This document shows positions 19,827-28,102 of a DNA stretch of 53,153 bases, piece by piece. The notes below the pieces were generated by a model that was not told where the DNA came from, made no database searches, and saw nothing but the letters and a program-made list of their open reading frames with translations. Position 1 is the stretch's first letter. Each line of letters opens with the position of its first letter. The stretch spans positions 1 to 53,153 of the forward strand of contig JBQVLY010000001.1 of assembly GCA_052361065.1 (NCBI GenBank), given 5' to 3'. The position numbers were made by a program, and so were the translations under genes. The stretch comes from Methanosarcinaceae archaeon (GTDB lineage Archaea > Halobacteriota > Methanosarcinia > Methanosarcinales > Methanosarcinaceae).

Positions 19827-20501
19827 CTATCGCTCTTCATCGCATTGGTTTCTGTCAAAAACGGGGGGCTGAGATGCCACAGAGGAGGTTGAAGCCACTG
19901 ATGGTGCACTTTCAGCATCTGTTTTTTCTTTGAGTTCAGGTAATCCAATTCTGCTTAAATAATTCGAAAAACGTTGGGACAAAGATTCTCGAAAAAGCAT
20001 ATTAATAGTAACTAAATAATGCTCCACATACATCATATATAGAGCATCTCTTGGAATAGTGTAGTAATGTTTAAAATCAATTACTAATCGCGGTACTTGC
20101 AATGCTTGATTTTGTTCTAAATAATGGAATCTTGTATTGTTTTGCTGTAAAATCTTATTATAACTATCACCACCCCATTTGTTCATTTTCAATCCATTGG
20201 ATTTTAAGTGATCACCATTCTTGAATTTTTCTGCATTGTAAGCAGGGCATGCCAAAACGGTGGGCAGATATTTATCATGTTTTGCAGCGGCTGGTTCCGA
20301 TCTGTTGTTGAAGTCCCATTCAAGATCACAATCTTGAGTCATTACGATGATATACGGCAGACTTGCTTCAGAAATTTTATAATCACCTGGTGTATCATCT
20401 ATATTCCAATCAATAACATCTATATTTCGAAGTATATCTCCCTGACAGACTCGTTTCGAAGTATGCTTTACATACATTGAATCAATCTTGCTTAGAGACA
20501 T
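19827..20501 (-). CDS. hypothetical protein (CQGDIL ... IVMTQDCDL motif), third gene of an overlapping triplet
   Basis: 224-aa ORF. The start overlaps the upstream 56-aa ORF by 20 nt. I recognise no family. The Ser/Ala/Pro-rich C-terminal tail differs from the rest of the protein. Confidence 0.6.
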   Translation of the reverse strand: MSLSKIDSMYVKHTSKRVCQGDILRNIDVIDWNIDDTPGDYKISEASLPYIIVMTQDCDLEWDFNNRSEPAAAKHDKYLPTVLACPAYNAEKFKNGDHLKSNGLKMNKWGGDSYNKILQQNNTRFHYLEQNQALQVPRLVIDFKHYYTIPRDALYMMYVEHYLVTINMLFRESLSQRFSNYLSRIGLPELKEKTDAESAPSVASTSSVASQPPVFDRNQCDEER

Positions 20502-20649
20502 ATCCCAAAACCTTTTTTTTCACTTCCGTCTTCTCATATTTTTCAAAATCAATATCTACATTGAAAGGATATGCCTCTTCTTTTTTTTGGGTTTTTGGTG
20601 CAAATGTTCCTACTTCGCCAAAGTAATCATCTGTTTTGTTATAAGACAT
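20482..20649 (-). CDS. small hypothetical protein (55 aa, Lys/Glu-rich)
   Basis: ATG 20649 lies 9 nt after GGGAG and overlaps the upstream gene's stop by 11 nt. Its own stop lies inside the next gene's start region. The 100-aa ORF-track form runs through the upstream gene and is unlikely. Confidence 0.45.
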   Translation of the reverse strand: MSYNKTDDYFGEVGTFAPKTQKKEEAYPFNVDIDFEKYEKTEVKKKVLGYVSKQD

Positions 20650-21382
20650 TATTTTCATCTCCCATACGCTGTAAGTTCTCTGTATAGGTGCTCTGTTCAA
20701 ATAAGTTTTTAATTTCTTCATGCAGTATATTAATTTGACCAATGATAGACGAAATATCGCTTTCATTTTTTGAATAACAATCATAATCGAGTAAAAATTC
20801 CTTCTTTGCTATTGGATTTGGATACTCGCTATTAAACCACCCATACTGGAATCTGACATCATAATCAGACTTATTTAATTCCATGACCCCAACATGCCTT
20901 GATAGTTCACTTCGATCATTGATGAAATTAAGACTACAAATAAGTGGTTCTTTAATAAGTTCAGTCCAATCAAATGGATTTCCTTCATCAATAATTATCT
21001 GATTTATATAACGAAGTCCTGTCTTCGATACTTTTATAGATGAGCTCTGCTCTCCCAAATTTTGAATTACTCTTTGTACAAGCACTTTGAACTCGTTAAA
21101 ATTATTATATTTTTTAAGGTCAAAAATAATTGCACTTGGTTCTAAAATTAATGAGTTATTTGTTGCATTATTGTGAAGTAAAAATGATTTATACCGCCGC
21201 TCTTGTGTGGTTTTTTGAGCTTGGTCAATAGTCATTTCTACAGATACTATATCTCGAGTTTCGAACTCGGGAAGAATATCTGAAACAGCTCCCTTTATGT
21301 CATCCAATACCTGCTGAGAACGATCTATTTCGCCTAAAAAGTCCAACCTTAATATTACTTGCTTTAAAAAATTGTCTGGCAT
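20639..21382 (-). CDS. hypothetical protein, possibly TIGR04255-like
   Basis: 247 aa. The N-terminal FLKQVILRLDF and central TGLRYINQI resemble, from memory, the uncharacterised TIGR04255 family. This is unverified. Confidence 0.6.
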   Translation of the reverse strand: MPDNFLKQVILRLDFLGEIDRSQQVLDDIKGAVSDILPEFETRDIVSVEMTIDQAQKTTQERRYKSFLLHNNATNNSLILEPSAIIFDLKKYNNFNEFKVLVQRVIQNLGEQSSSIKVSKTGLRYINQIIIDEGNPFDWTELIKEPLICSLNFINDRSELSRHVGVMELNKSDYDVRFQYGWFNSEYPNPIAKKEFLLDYDCYSKNESDISSIIGQINILHEEIKNLFEQSTYTENLQRMGDENNVL

Positions 21383-21601
21383 ATCATTCCTCTATGGTAA
21401 CTTACTGTAATATTAACGTATATACACCTATCTATCTAATCTCAATAATCAGCTACAAATCCACTTCCGTCCATTATATTTTAGACAAAATGGTTTTTCT
21501 GGTTCAAAATATCTCAACGGATGCGCGAGAACGAGCGCTTAGGAAATAACCATTCCCGTACTAAATAGTACAGGGTCTTCATATGCTTAAATACAATCAA
21601 T

Positions 21602-23830
21602 TCATTTTCCATCCTTCTCAACCAACTCCGCATCCGTAATAGCTACCCTTGCCGTGTACTCATCCGGATCATAAACCTCACATTCCTTGATTTTAATCCT
21701 TTTCTTATACATCGGAGCATCCAGCACAAAACTCTCAAACTCCCCACCCTCTCCTGAGATATTCAATCCGATCTTCTCATTCAACCGCACAAGCTTATCA
21801 ACATCTTTTTCCGTAATCCTGCGCCCGACCCAACTCTTATCTAACCCATAGGCAGCAATGCTACTGAAAATAAACTCATACCCGAGCTTTAGCAAATCCC
21901 GCATCTCAGTTTCCTGGTCAATATGCCATAGCGGCGAAAAGACCTTAAGACCAAGCTCGTTGCATACCCGCTCAATTCTCTCTCTCTGGTAATTCGAATA
22001 CAAGGCTCCTGTGACCACGCCTTCAATACCATACTTCCCTTTCGCCCGCATGATCGCGCTCTTCATATCCAGAAGCTCGGCTTCCTTCTCGCCTTTTGTA
22101 ACCTGTTCAATGATAGGGAAACCCATAGCTTGCGCCTGCAGGCGGGCAAGGTATATGTTTGGTGTATGGAACATATAAGAATCAGGATTCTCACTCCTTA
22201 TGGTTATCAGGCACTCAATGGAATAGTTCTGCTCCTGCATGATCTGCAGGGCATAATTGCTGTCTTTTCCGGAACTGAACAGGACACCAAGTTTCAGGTT
22301 TGGCTGCGAATAGAATTGTTTCAGGTACTCTGTCTTTGAATCACATCCGGTTTTCTTTGCCAGTTTTGCAATTGCCTTATCGAACCTGCTGCCGTACTGA
22401 GCCGCCTGTTTCCTGCGCTCTGTAAACTCATGCGGAATACCAATATTTTCACCAACCATGCGCAGGATGAGCTTATTCTGATTCTGCTCATGATCACTAT
22501 CAATCCCAGTTCCAATCCCGGTTTCAATATCAATCTTATATCGTGGCGGGATCTTGAGACAGTATTCCACCAACCTTTTATCAAGATACGGTACACGAAG
22601 CTCGATACTGTTGTTCATGGAAACAACATCATCCCTGTACGTATTCTTCTCATATATCTTCAGTATATCTACATAACAATCCCTGTTGACATCGGTCGAG
22701 TGCCTGTGCCTGTCATATCCTGCAAACAACTCATCAGCACCCGACCCGGAGAACATGACCCGGATATCATCTTCTGCTGCTGCTTTGCAGGCGGCATACA
22801 TTGTCAGCCCGACACCGACCTTGGGAACATTTGTATCTTCGATAAGCGGAACCACAGTCTTGAGATAATCTTGAACCCCAAGGATGTCAATCTCTCTTAC
22901 TTTGAGTGAAAATCCCAACTCATAAGCCACCTTTTTTGCATACCGGACATCCGGTGACTCTACTTCCCCCTTCAATCCAACGGTATAACAGGTGAAATCC
23001 ACAAATTGCTGCTTTCCAAGCTGCTTACACATATATGTGAGAATGGTAGAATCTACACCACCGGAGAACAGGATACCAAACGGTTCATTAGGGATACGAA
23101 TGGAGACTGCATCGTAAAGGAGTTTTTCAACATCCGCGCGGATGGTCTCAACAGGCATTTCATGTTCCGGCATTATGGAAAAGAATTCGCGGCTGAATTT
23201 TGTGGTAGTGCCATCCTCTATGTCATAACACAAAATCTCGCGCGGGTTCAGCTCTTTAATGGAAAGAAAATTGACAGCATCAAGAGCCTTTTTCTCAGAT
23301 GCAAATGCAAAACCGGAATGTGTACTATACCATATGGGTTTTATACCAAGTACATCACGGATAATGTACACTCTATCATTGAGCCAGTATGCAAAAGAAT
23401 ATACTCCGATGATCTCACGAAGTGTGTTATCTATTATACGGATGATATCCGGGGGGGTTTCACTTTTAATTTTGTCGGAAATTGGTTTAATCTTTTTCTC
23501 GATCAGTTGTATTAAAAGATCAGAGTCATTTTTCGCATCTATATCATATTTTTCGCTCAATTTTTCCCAGTTGTATATCTCACAATTAGCAACTATCCGA
23601 CCCATATACACGATCGGCTGGGGTACGAAATTTACCATGGAATGCAGTGTGTGGCCAAGTATGTTTATGTCTTTTGGAATTGAAAACGAATCAATATCAT
23701 TCGTATAATCCAGCCAATCCGCACCGCAGACACCCGCACCATCCTTGCCCCGTTTTTTGAGGATAGCAAGAGCTCTGTTTGTATATTTGGCTGCATCCTT
23801 TGTATTAAAAAAACCTGTAATTCCGCACAT
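21602..23830 (-). CDS. asparagine synthetase (glutamine-hydrolysing)-like protein fused to a Dph6/MJ0570-type ATP pyrophosphatase domain
   Basis: 742 aa. MCGITGF Ntn-amidotransferase start, first PP-loop LFSGGVDST, SGSGADELFAGY. After ~residue 515 come a second PP-loop LFSSGKDS and the GEGGEFESFVLDAP motif typical of the diphthine-ammonia ligase family. Confidence 0.8.
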   Translation of the reverse strand: MCGITGFFNTKDAAKYTNRALAILKKRGKDGAGVCGADWLDYTNDIDSFSIPKDINILGHTLHSMVNFVPQPIVYMGRIVANCEIYNWEKLSEKYDIDAKNDSDLLIQLIEKKIKPISDKIKSETPPDIIRIIDNTLREIIGVYSFAYWLNDRVYIIRDVLGIKPIWYSTHSGFAFASEKKALDAVNFLSIKELNPREILCYDIEDGTTTKFSREFFSIMPEHEMPVETIRADVEKLLYDAVSIRIPNEPFGILFSGGVDSTILTYMCKQLGKQQFVDFTCYTVGLKGEVESPDVRYAKKVAYELGFSLKVREIDILGVQDYLKTVVPLIEDTNVPKVGVGLTMYAACKAAAEDDIRVMFSGSGADELFAGYDRHRHSTDVNRDCYVDILKIYEKNTYRDDVVSMNNSIELRVPYLDKRLVEYCLKIPPRYKIDIETGIGTGIDSDHEQNQNKLILRMVGENIGIPHEFTERRKQAAQYGSRFDKAIAKLAKKTGCDSKTEYLKQFYSQPNLKLGVLFSSGKDSNYALQIMQEQNYSIECLITIRSENPDSYMFHTPNIYLARLQAQAMGFPIIEQVTKGEKEAELLDMKSAIMRAKGKYGIEGVVTGALYSNYQRERIERVCNELGLKVFSPLWHIDQETEMRDLLKLGYEFIFSSIAAYGLDKSWVGRRITEKDVDKLVRLNEKIGLNISGEGGEFESFVLDAPMYKKRIKIKECEVYDPDEYTARVAITDAELVEKDGK

Positions 23831-24502
23831 TTACCCGGTTGTATATAATTTGTAACTTTTCGCATTCACAATGTAGCAAATCATATAAACCTCTTACCAA
23901 TATTCATCTTGTGTCGTGTCAACTATCAAGTGTCAAATTATTTTATCGAAACTGAAGAAATCAAAGCATCAGTCTCGCCGAATAAGAAATATCGTGTTTG
24001 TTTAGCGATTTTTGACGCCGAAGCAATCCTCCGGAGACGGTACATTCCCAAACCACTGGCGCGAAAGATAGCGTTTTCGCGGCATTTCAATTTATGACCT
24101 AAATATAGAATAACGCAGAATAGCGTTTTTACACACCAATGTTATTAAAAATGTTCAGGTTTATTTGGCCGTGATATATTTTTCATAATGTTTAGAGTGC
24201 GCCGCCTGCGGCGGTATTACTGCGCAGGGTATTGCAGTATAGGCTGTGCATCAAGATTTTATCGAAACCACCTATACAAATACGAAATATCTCTTATTTT
24301 TTCCCTCTTCCTGGAACCGACTTGCGACTTCCATCATATTCGACTCAAGCCTCCCATAACCTTTGTCGGACAGCAGTTTTAAGTTTTGTGGTGAAAATTT
24401 CCACCTAAAATTACCACTTTTCCCATTGAAAATTGACCCACCCTATATCCTAAACACTCCTGTTTTATTGCAGGAGGTATTTGATGATCTCAATGAAATT
24501 TG

Positions 24503-24543
24503 AATAATAACAATAACAATAATAATAATAATAATAATAATAA
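24503..24543. repeat. (AAT)n microsatellite, imperfect at the 5' end, 8 perfect units at 24518-24541
   Basis: Direct reading: AATAATAACAATAACAATAATAATAATAATAATAATAATAA. Confidence 0.9.
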
Positions 24544-24688
24544 GGAACCAAAAGAGGAAAAAGAGCAATTGCAAATGAACTTTATTTATCGAGAAACAGG
24601 AAAGTTTACCGTACAAAAGTTATTGTATAATCTATAGGTACAACAAAATAAAATAAAATGAGAAAGAGATTGTATAATAAATACAATC

Positions 24689-25480
24689 TCATCTTAATTC
24701 AATGGTACCCTGTGGGCACTTTTCAACACAGGCACCGCATCCTGTGCACTTCTCCTGATTAATCTCTGCTAAGAACTTGGTAACCGTTATGGCTTCCTCG
24801 GGACATGCTTTTACACACAGCTTACAACCGATACACCCAATAGTACATGCTGCTTTGACGGCTTTACCTTTGTCATGTGAGCGACATTGCACATGCACCT
24901 TTTCGGACGCTGTTGCAAGCACAAGTATATCATTCGGACATGCCTCTACACACAAGCCACAACTTTTGCAGAGGTTAGCATTAAGTTCAGGGAGCCGTTT
25001 ATCATTAATTATGAGAGCATTAAACGGACATGCCCTCACACATGTGCCCCTACCCATACAGCCGTAACTGCATCCTTTCTCACCATCTGAAAGCATCATC
25101 ACTGCATTACAATCTTCAATACCTTCGTAATCAAACCTGTCCACGCAGTTCAAACCGCCGTTGCAACGCACATATGGATACTCCTTTTCAGATTCGGAAA
25201 TATCCTGGCCCATAATACCGCCAATAGCTTTTACTGCACCAAAACCACCTACCGGACATCCGTCGATCGGTGCATTTTCATTGACTACTTTCTCTGCAAA
25301 ATCGGCACATCCGGCGTAACCACATGCCCCACAGTTTGCACCAGGCAAGACTTCCACCACCTCTTCAATTAAGGGGTTGGTTTCCACCTTGAATATCTTG
25401 GATGCTGCCACCAATATGACACCTACTGAAAGTCCGAGACCTCCAAGGACTGCCATTGATTGTATGATTAAACTGGTCAT
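24689..25480 (-). CDS. rnfB: Rnf complex subunit B (polyferredoxin)
   Basis: N-terminal TM helix, CGACGYAGC cluster, then several CxxCxxCxxxCP ferredoxin motifs. The start overlaps the rnfA stop (ATGA). Confidence 0.92.
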   Translation of the reverse strand: MTSLIIQSMAVLGGLGLSVGVILVAASKIFKVETNPLIEEVVEVLPGANCGACGYAGCADFAEKVVNENAPIDGCPVGGFGAVKAIGGIMGQDISESEKEYPYVRCNGGLNCVDRFDYEGIEDCNAVMMLSDGEKGCSYGCMGRGTCVRACPFNALIINDKRLPELNANLCKSCGLCVEACPNDILVLATASEKVHVQCRSHDKGKAVKAACTIGCIGCKLCVKACPEEAITVTKFLAEINQEKCTGCGACVEKCPQGTIELR

Positions 25481-26064
25481 ATGGGAATCACCTTGAAGTA
25501 GTTAACAAAAGCCATTGACAACATCGTTGCAACCAGAAACGCATGTGGAAGTCCCTGTATGGCACCCGGAACATTGACATATTCCGCCCGTTCCCGAATT
25601 GATGCCATCATCAGCATGGCAATCATATAACCAAGACCGGCTGCTATAGCGAATACAACACTGTACACAAACGGATAATCGTTCATCACATTTAGCATCA
25701 CCACTCCCAGTACCGCACAGTTCGTTGTGATTAAGGGCAGGAATATTCCCAATGACCGATACAATGGTGTCACGTGTTTCCTGAGTATAAATTCTACTAG
25801 CTGCACAAGAGCCGCAATGACCACAATGAAGCAGATGAGAGTTAAGAATTCAAGCTTCAAAGGAACTAAAATATAGGTATAGAGCCCAAATGATGCAACA
25901 GCCGCCATGGTCATAACAAATATGACCGCTCCTGACATCCCGGTTGCACTCTTTAGATCCTTTGTAACGCCCACGAATGAACACAAGCCAAGGAATTGTA
26001 TCAAAAGGAAGTTCTTAACAAACACACCATTGATCAATACTGCAATCAAAGATTCTTCCACCAT
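25477..26064 (-). CDS. rnfA: Rnf complex subunit A
   Basis: FVKNFLLIQFLGLCSFVGVT motif. ATG 26064 is preceded by GAGGTGG; the ORF-track start 26082 is a TTG inside rnfE. Confidence 0.92.
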   Translation of the reverse strand: MVEESLIAVLINGVFVKNFLLIQFLGLCSFVGVTKDLKSATGMSGAVIFVMTMAAVASFGLYTYILVPLKLEFLTLICFIVVIAALVQLVEFILRKHVTPLYRSLGIFLPLITTNCAVLGVVMLNVMNDYPFVYSVVFAIAAGLGYMIAMLMMASIRERAEYVNVPGAIQGLPHAFLVATMLSMAFVNYFKVIPI

Positions 26065-26065
26065 T

Positions 26066-26680
26066 TTAACCACCTCTTGCAAGTTTTTTTGCCTTGCGGT
26101 AATTCACGATAGCCATCAATATTGCTATTGTCAAAAATGCACCAGGTGGCATTATCATAAAGGTTGCAGGATTTATTGGAACAGTTATCAATGTATACCC
26201 GAATGGTGCGATCGCACCGGTTCCGAGAATTTCCCTGATAGCACCCATAAGCACCAGTACAAGTAAGAACCCTGTAGCACTTCCAAGTGCATCAATTAAT
26301 GAATAAAAGACATTGTTCTTGTTTGCATAAGCTTCAGCACGTCCGATAATGATACAGTTGACCACTATCAATGGAATGAACACGCCCAACTGCGTGTACA
26401 TATCAGGCGTAAATGCTTCCATTGACATATCAACAATTGTCACAAACGTGGCTATTATTATAATAAATATCGGAAGTCTGACTGATGCCGGTATCTGTTT
26501 TCGAAGTGCTGAAATTATCACATTCGAACAGATCAGTACAAACGCAGCACCTGCCGCCATACCTATACCATTTTCAACTGATGTCGTAACTGCCAGTAAT
26601 GGACACAGGCCCAGTACAAGTCCGAATATAGGATTGTCTGTCGTAATCCCTCGTATATATTCATCTACTACTTTACTCAT
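26066..26680 (-). CDS. rnfE: Rnf complex subunit E
   Basis: NPIFGLVLGLCPLLAVTTS motif; polytopic. Confidence 0.92.
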   Translation of the reverse strand: MSKVVDEYIRGITTDNPIFGLVLGLCPLLAVTTSVENGIGMAAGAAFVLICSNVIISALRKQIPASVRLPIFIIIIATFVTIVDMSMEAFTPDMYTQLGVFIPLIVVNCIIIGRAEAYANKNNVFYSLIDALGSATGFLLVLVLMGAIREILGTGAIAPFGYTLITVPINPATFMIMPPGAFLTIAILMAIVNYRKAKKLARGG

Positions 26681-26684
26681 AAGA

Positions 26685-27251
26685 TCACACCTGCTTCTTT
26701 AAATCATCAACCTGCCCACGCAATGCATCTACCACAGCCTGTGACGAGATTGTAGCACCGGTGATTGCATCAATCTTTCCACCATCGTTGGTGAGCATTA
26801 GATTTTCCATTGCAACGTCCTTAAACTGGCTCGTGAAATCTGGATCAACAATCAATGCACCCAGCCCGGGTGTTTCGGAATGCTTCATAATTGTTATTCC
26901 GGTTATTCTGGTGAATTTCGCATCCACTCCTCCAGCAACCTGTATCATCCCCTGGGATCCGATCTGATCCCTGAAAAACGCATATCCGACCGTGTTACCT
27001 GATGCATCCAGTGCACGGTAATACAGTATCTCCAGATCACCTTCTTCATTGATCACCTTATCGCCATACACGCTTTCAAAATCCGCAGCTTCTGGGACAA
27101 TCTCTAATAAGGCACCCTTTTGCGCCAGATCATAGTTTATTTTTAACTGTGCCTGGGTCGGACCGTAAGTAACACCTAATAGGGCAGCCGCAATGACCGA
27201 GATCAGCATCATTTTCCCAATAATAATTATGACACTATCGTTCTTGCTCAT
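26685..27251 (-). CDS. rnfG: Rnf complex subunit G (FMN-binding)
   Basis: Single N-terminal TM helix. C-terminal DAITGATISSQAV carries the S/TGAT covalent-FMN threonine motif. Confidence 0.92.
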   Translation of the reverse strand: MSKNDSVIIIIGKMMLISVIAAALLGVTYGPTQAQLKINYDLAQKGALLEIVPEAADFESVYGDKVINEEGDLEILYYRALDASGNTVGYAFFRDQIGSQGMIQVAGGVDAKFTRITGITIMKHSETPGLGALIVDPDFTSQFKDVAMENLMLTNDGGKIDAITGATISSQAVVDALRGQVDDLKKQV

Positions 27252-28102
27252 TCCACATCACCTCCAAAAGGCTTTGGTAATGTCTTAATCTCAATATACG
27301 GTGCAATACAGTTTGCAAGCATTAGTGCATAGAATGTCCCTGTCACATAACTTGCATAATATCCATACATAACTGTCAGGACACCGCAGACGATTCCATA
27401 GATAATACGTCCTTTTTTAGTAATCGGTGTTGTTGCAGAATCAGTTGCAATAAACAGCACTCCGAACAGGTAAGCACCTGTGATCACATAGGAAAGATCA
27501 TCCTTTAACAAAAAGACCAGCAGCAATGTTGTTACAAAATAACTGAGTGGAACTCTCCATTCAACATATCTCATTAGTATGAGTACCACACCACCGATCA
27601 ATGCAATTGGAGACACACCAACCAATATTCCTGCTCCGTTTTCCAGAATAAGATCTGTTAATGCTACAATATGAGGTGTTGACTTCGTGGTCATAATCGA
27701 AGTCCATGAAAGACTTAAGAATACCCACGATACCAATACCGGATTGAACATATAGGAACCAATACCCCCATATGCATGTTTTACTATCGCAATAGCAAAG
27801 AACGAACCTATTATCGCAATCCAGATCGGGGCATCATACGGAAGGATCAATGCAAGCATCAGTCCTATTAGTACTGCATGTCCATCAGCTATGGTAATTT
27901 CCTGATTAAACATTTTTTGGATACCGACTTCAGTTACAACCGCTGTTATTACGCTTGCAAGAAGTATTCCAAGTGCGGGTAATCCGAAGAAATAGATTGC
28001 AATCAGACTCACAGGTACAAGTGCAAGCACTTTACCCCACATTATCTTATTAACAGATACACCCATTAATTTATGGGGTGGAGCTGAAATTGTCAGGGTC
28101 AT
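27248..28102 (-). CDS. rnfD: Rnf complex subunit D
   Basis: Polytopic NqrB/RnfD-like protein with FIATDSATTPIT motif. 284 aa, which is short. Overlaps rnfG by ATGA. Confidence 0.88.
   Translation of the reverse strand: MTLTISAPPHKLMGVSVNKIMWGKVLALVPVSLIAIYFFGLPALGILLASVITAVVTEVGIQKMFNQEITIADGHAVLIGLMLALILPYDAPIWIAIIGSFFAIAIVKHAYGGIGSYMFNPVLVSWVFLSLSWTSIMTTKSTPHIVALTDLILENGAGILVGVSPIALIGGVVLILMRYVEWRVPLSYFVTTLLLVFLLKDDLSYVITGAYLFGVLFIATDSATTPITKKGRIIYGIVCGVLTVMYGYYASYVTGTFYALMLANCIAPYIEIKTLPKPFGGDVE

Noticed and set aside
20482-20784. 100-aa form of the small ORF in the three-gene module
   Set aside because: Its first 45 codons run out of frame through the 3' end of the 247-aa gene. The internal ATG at 20649 with a GGGAG upstream is more plausible.
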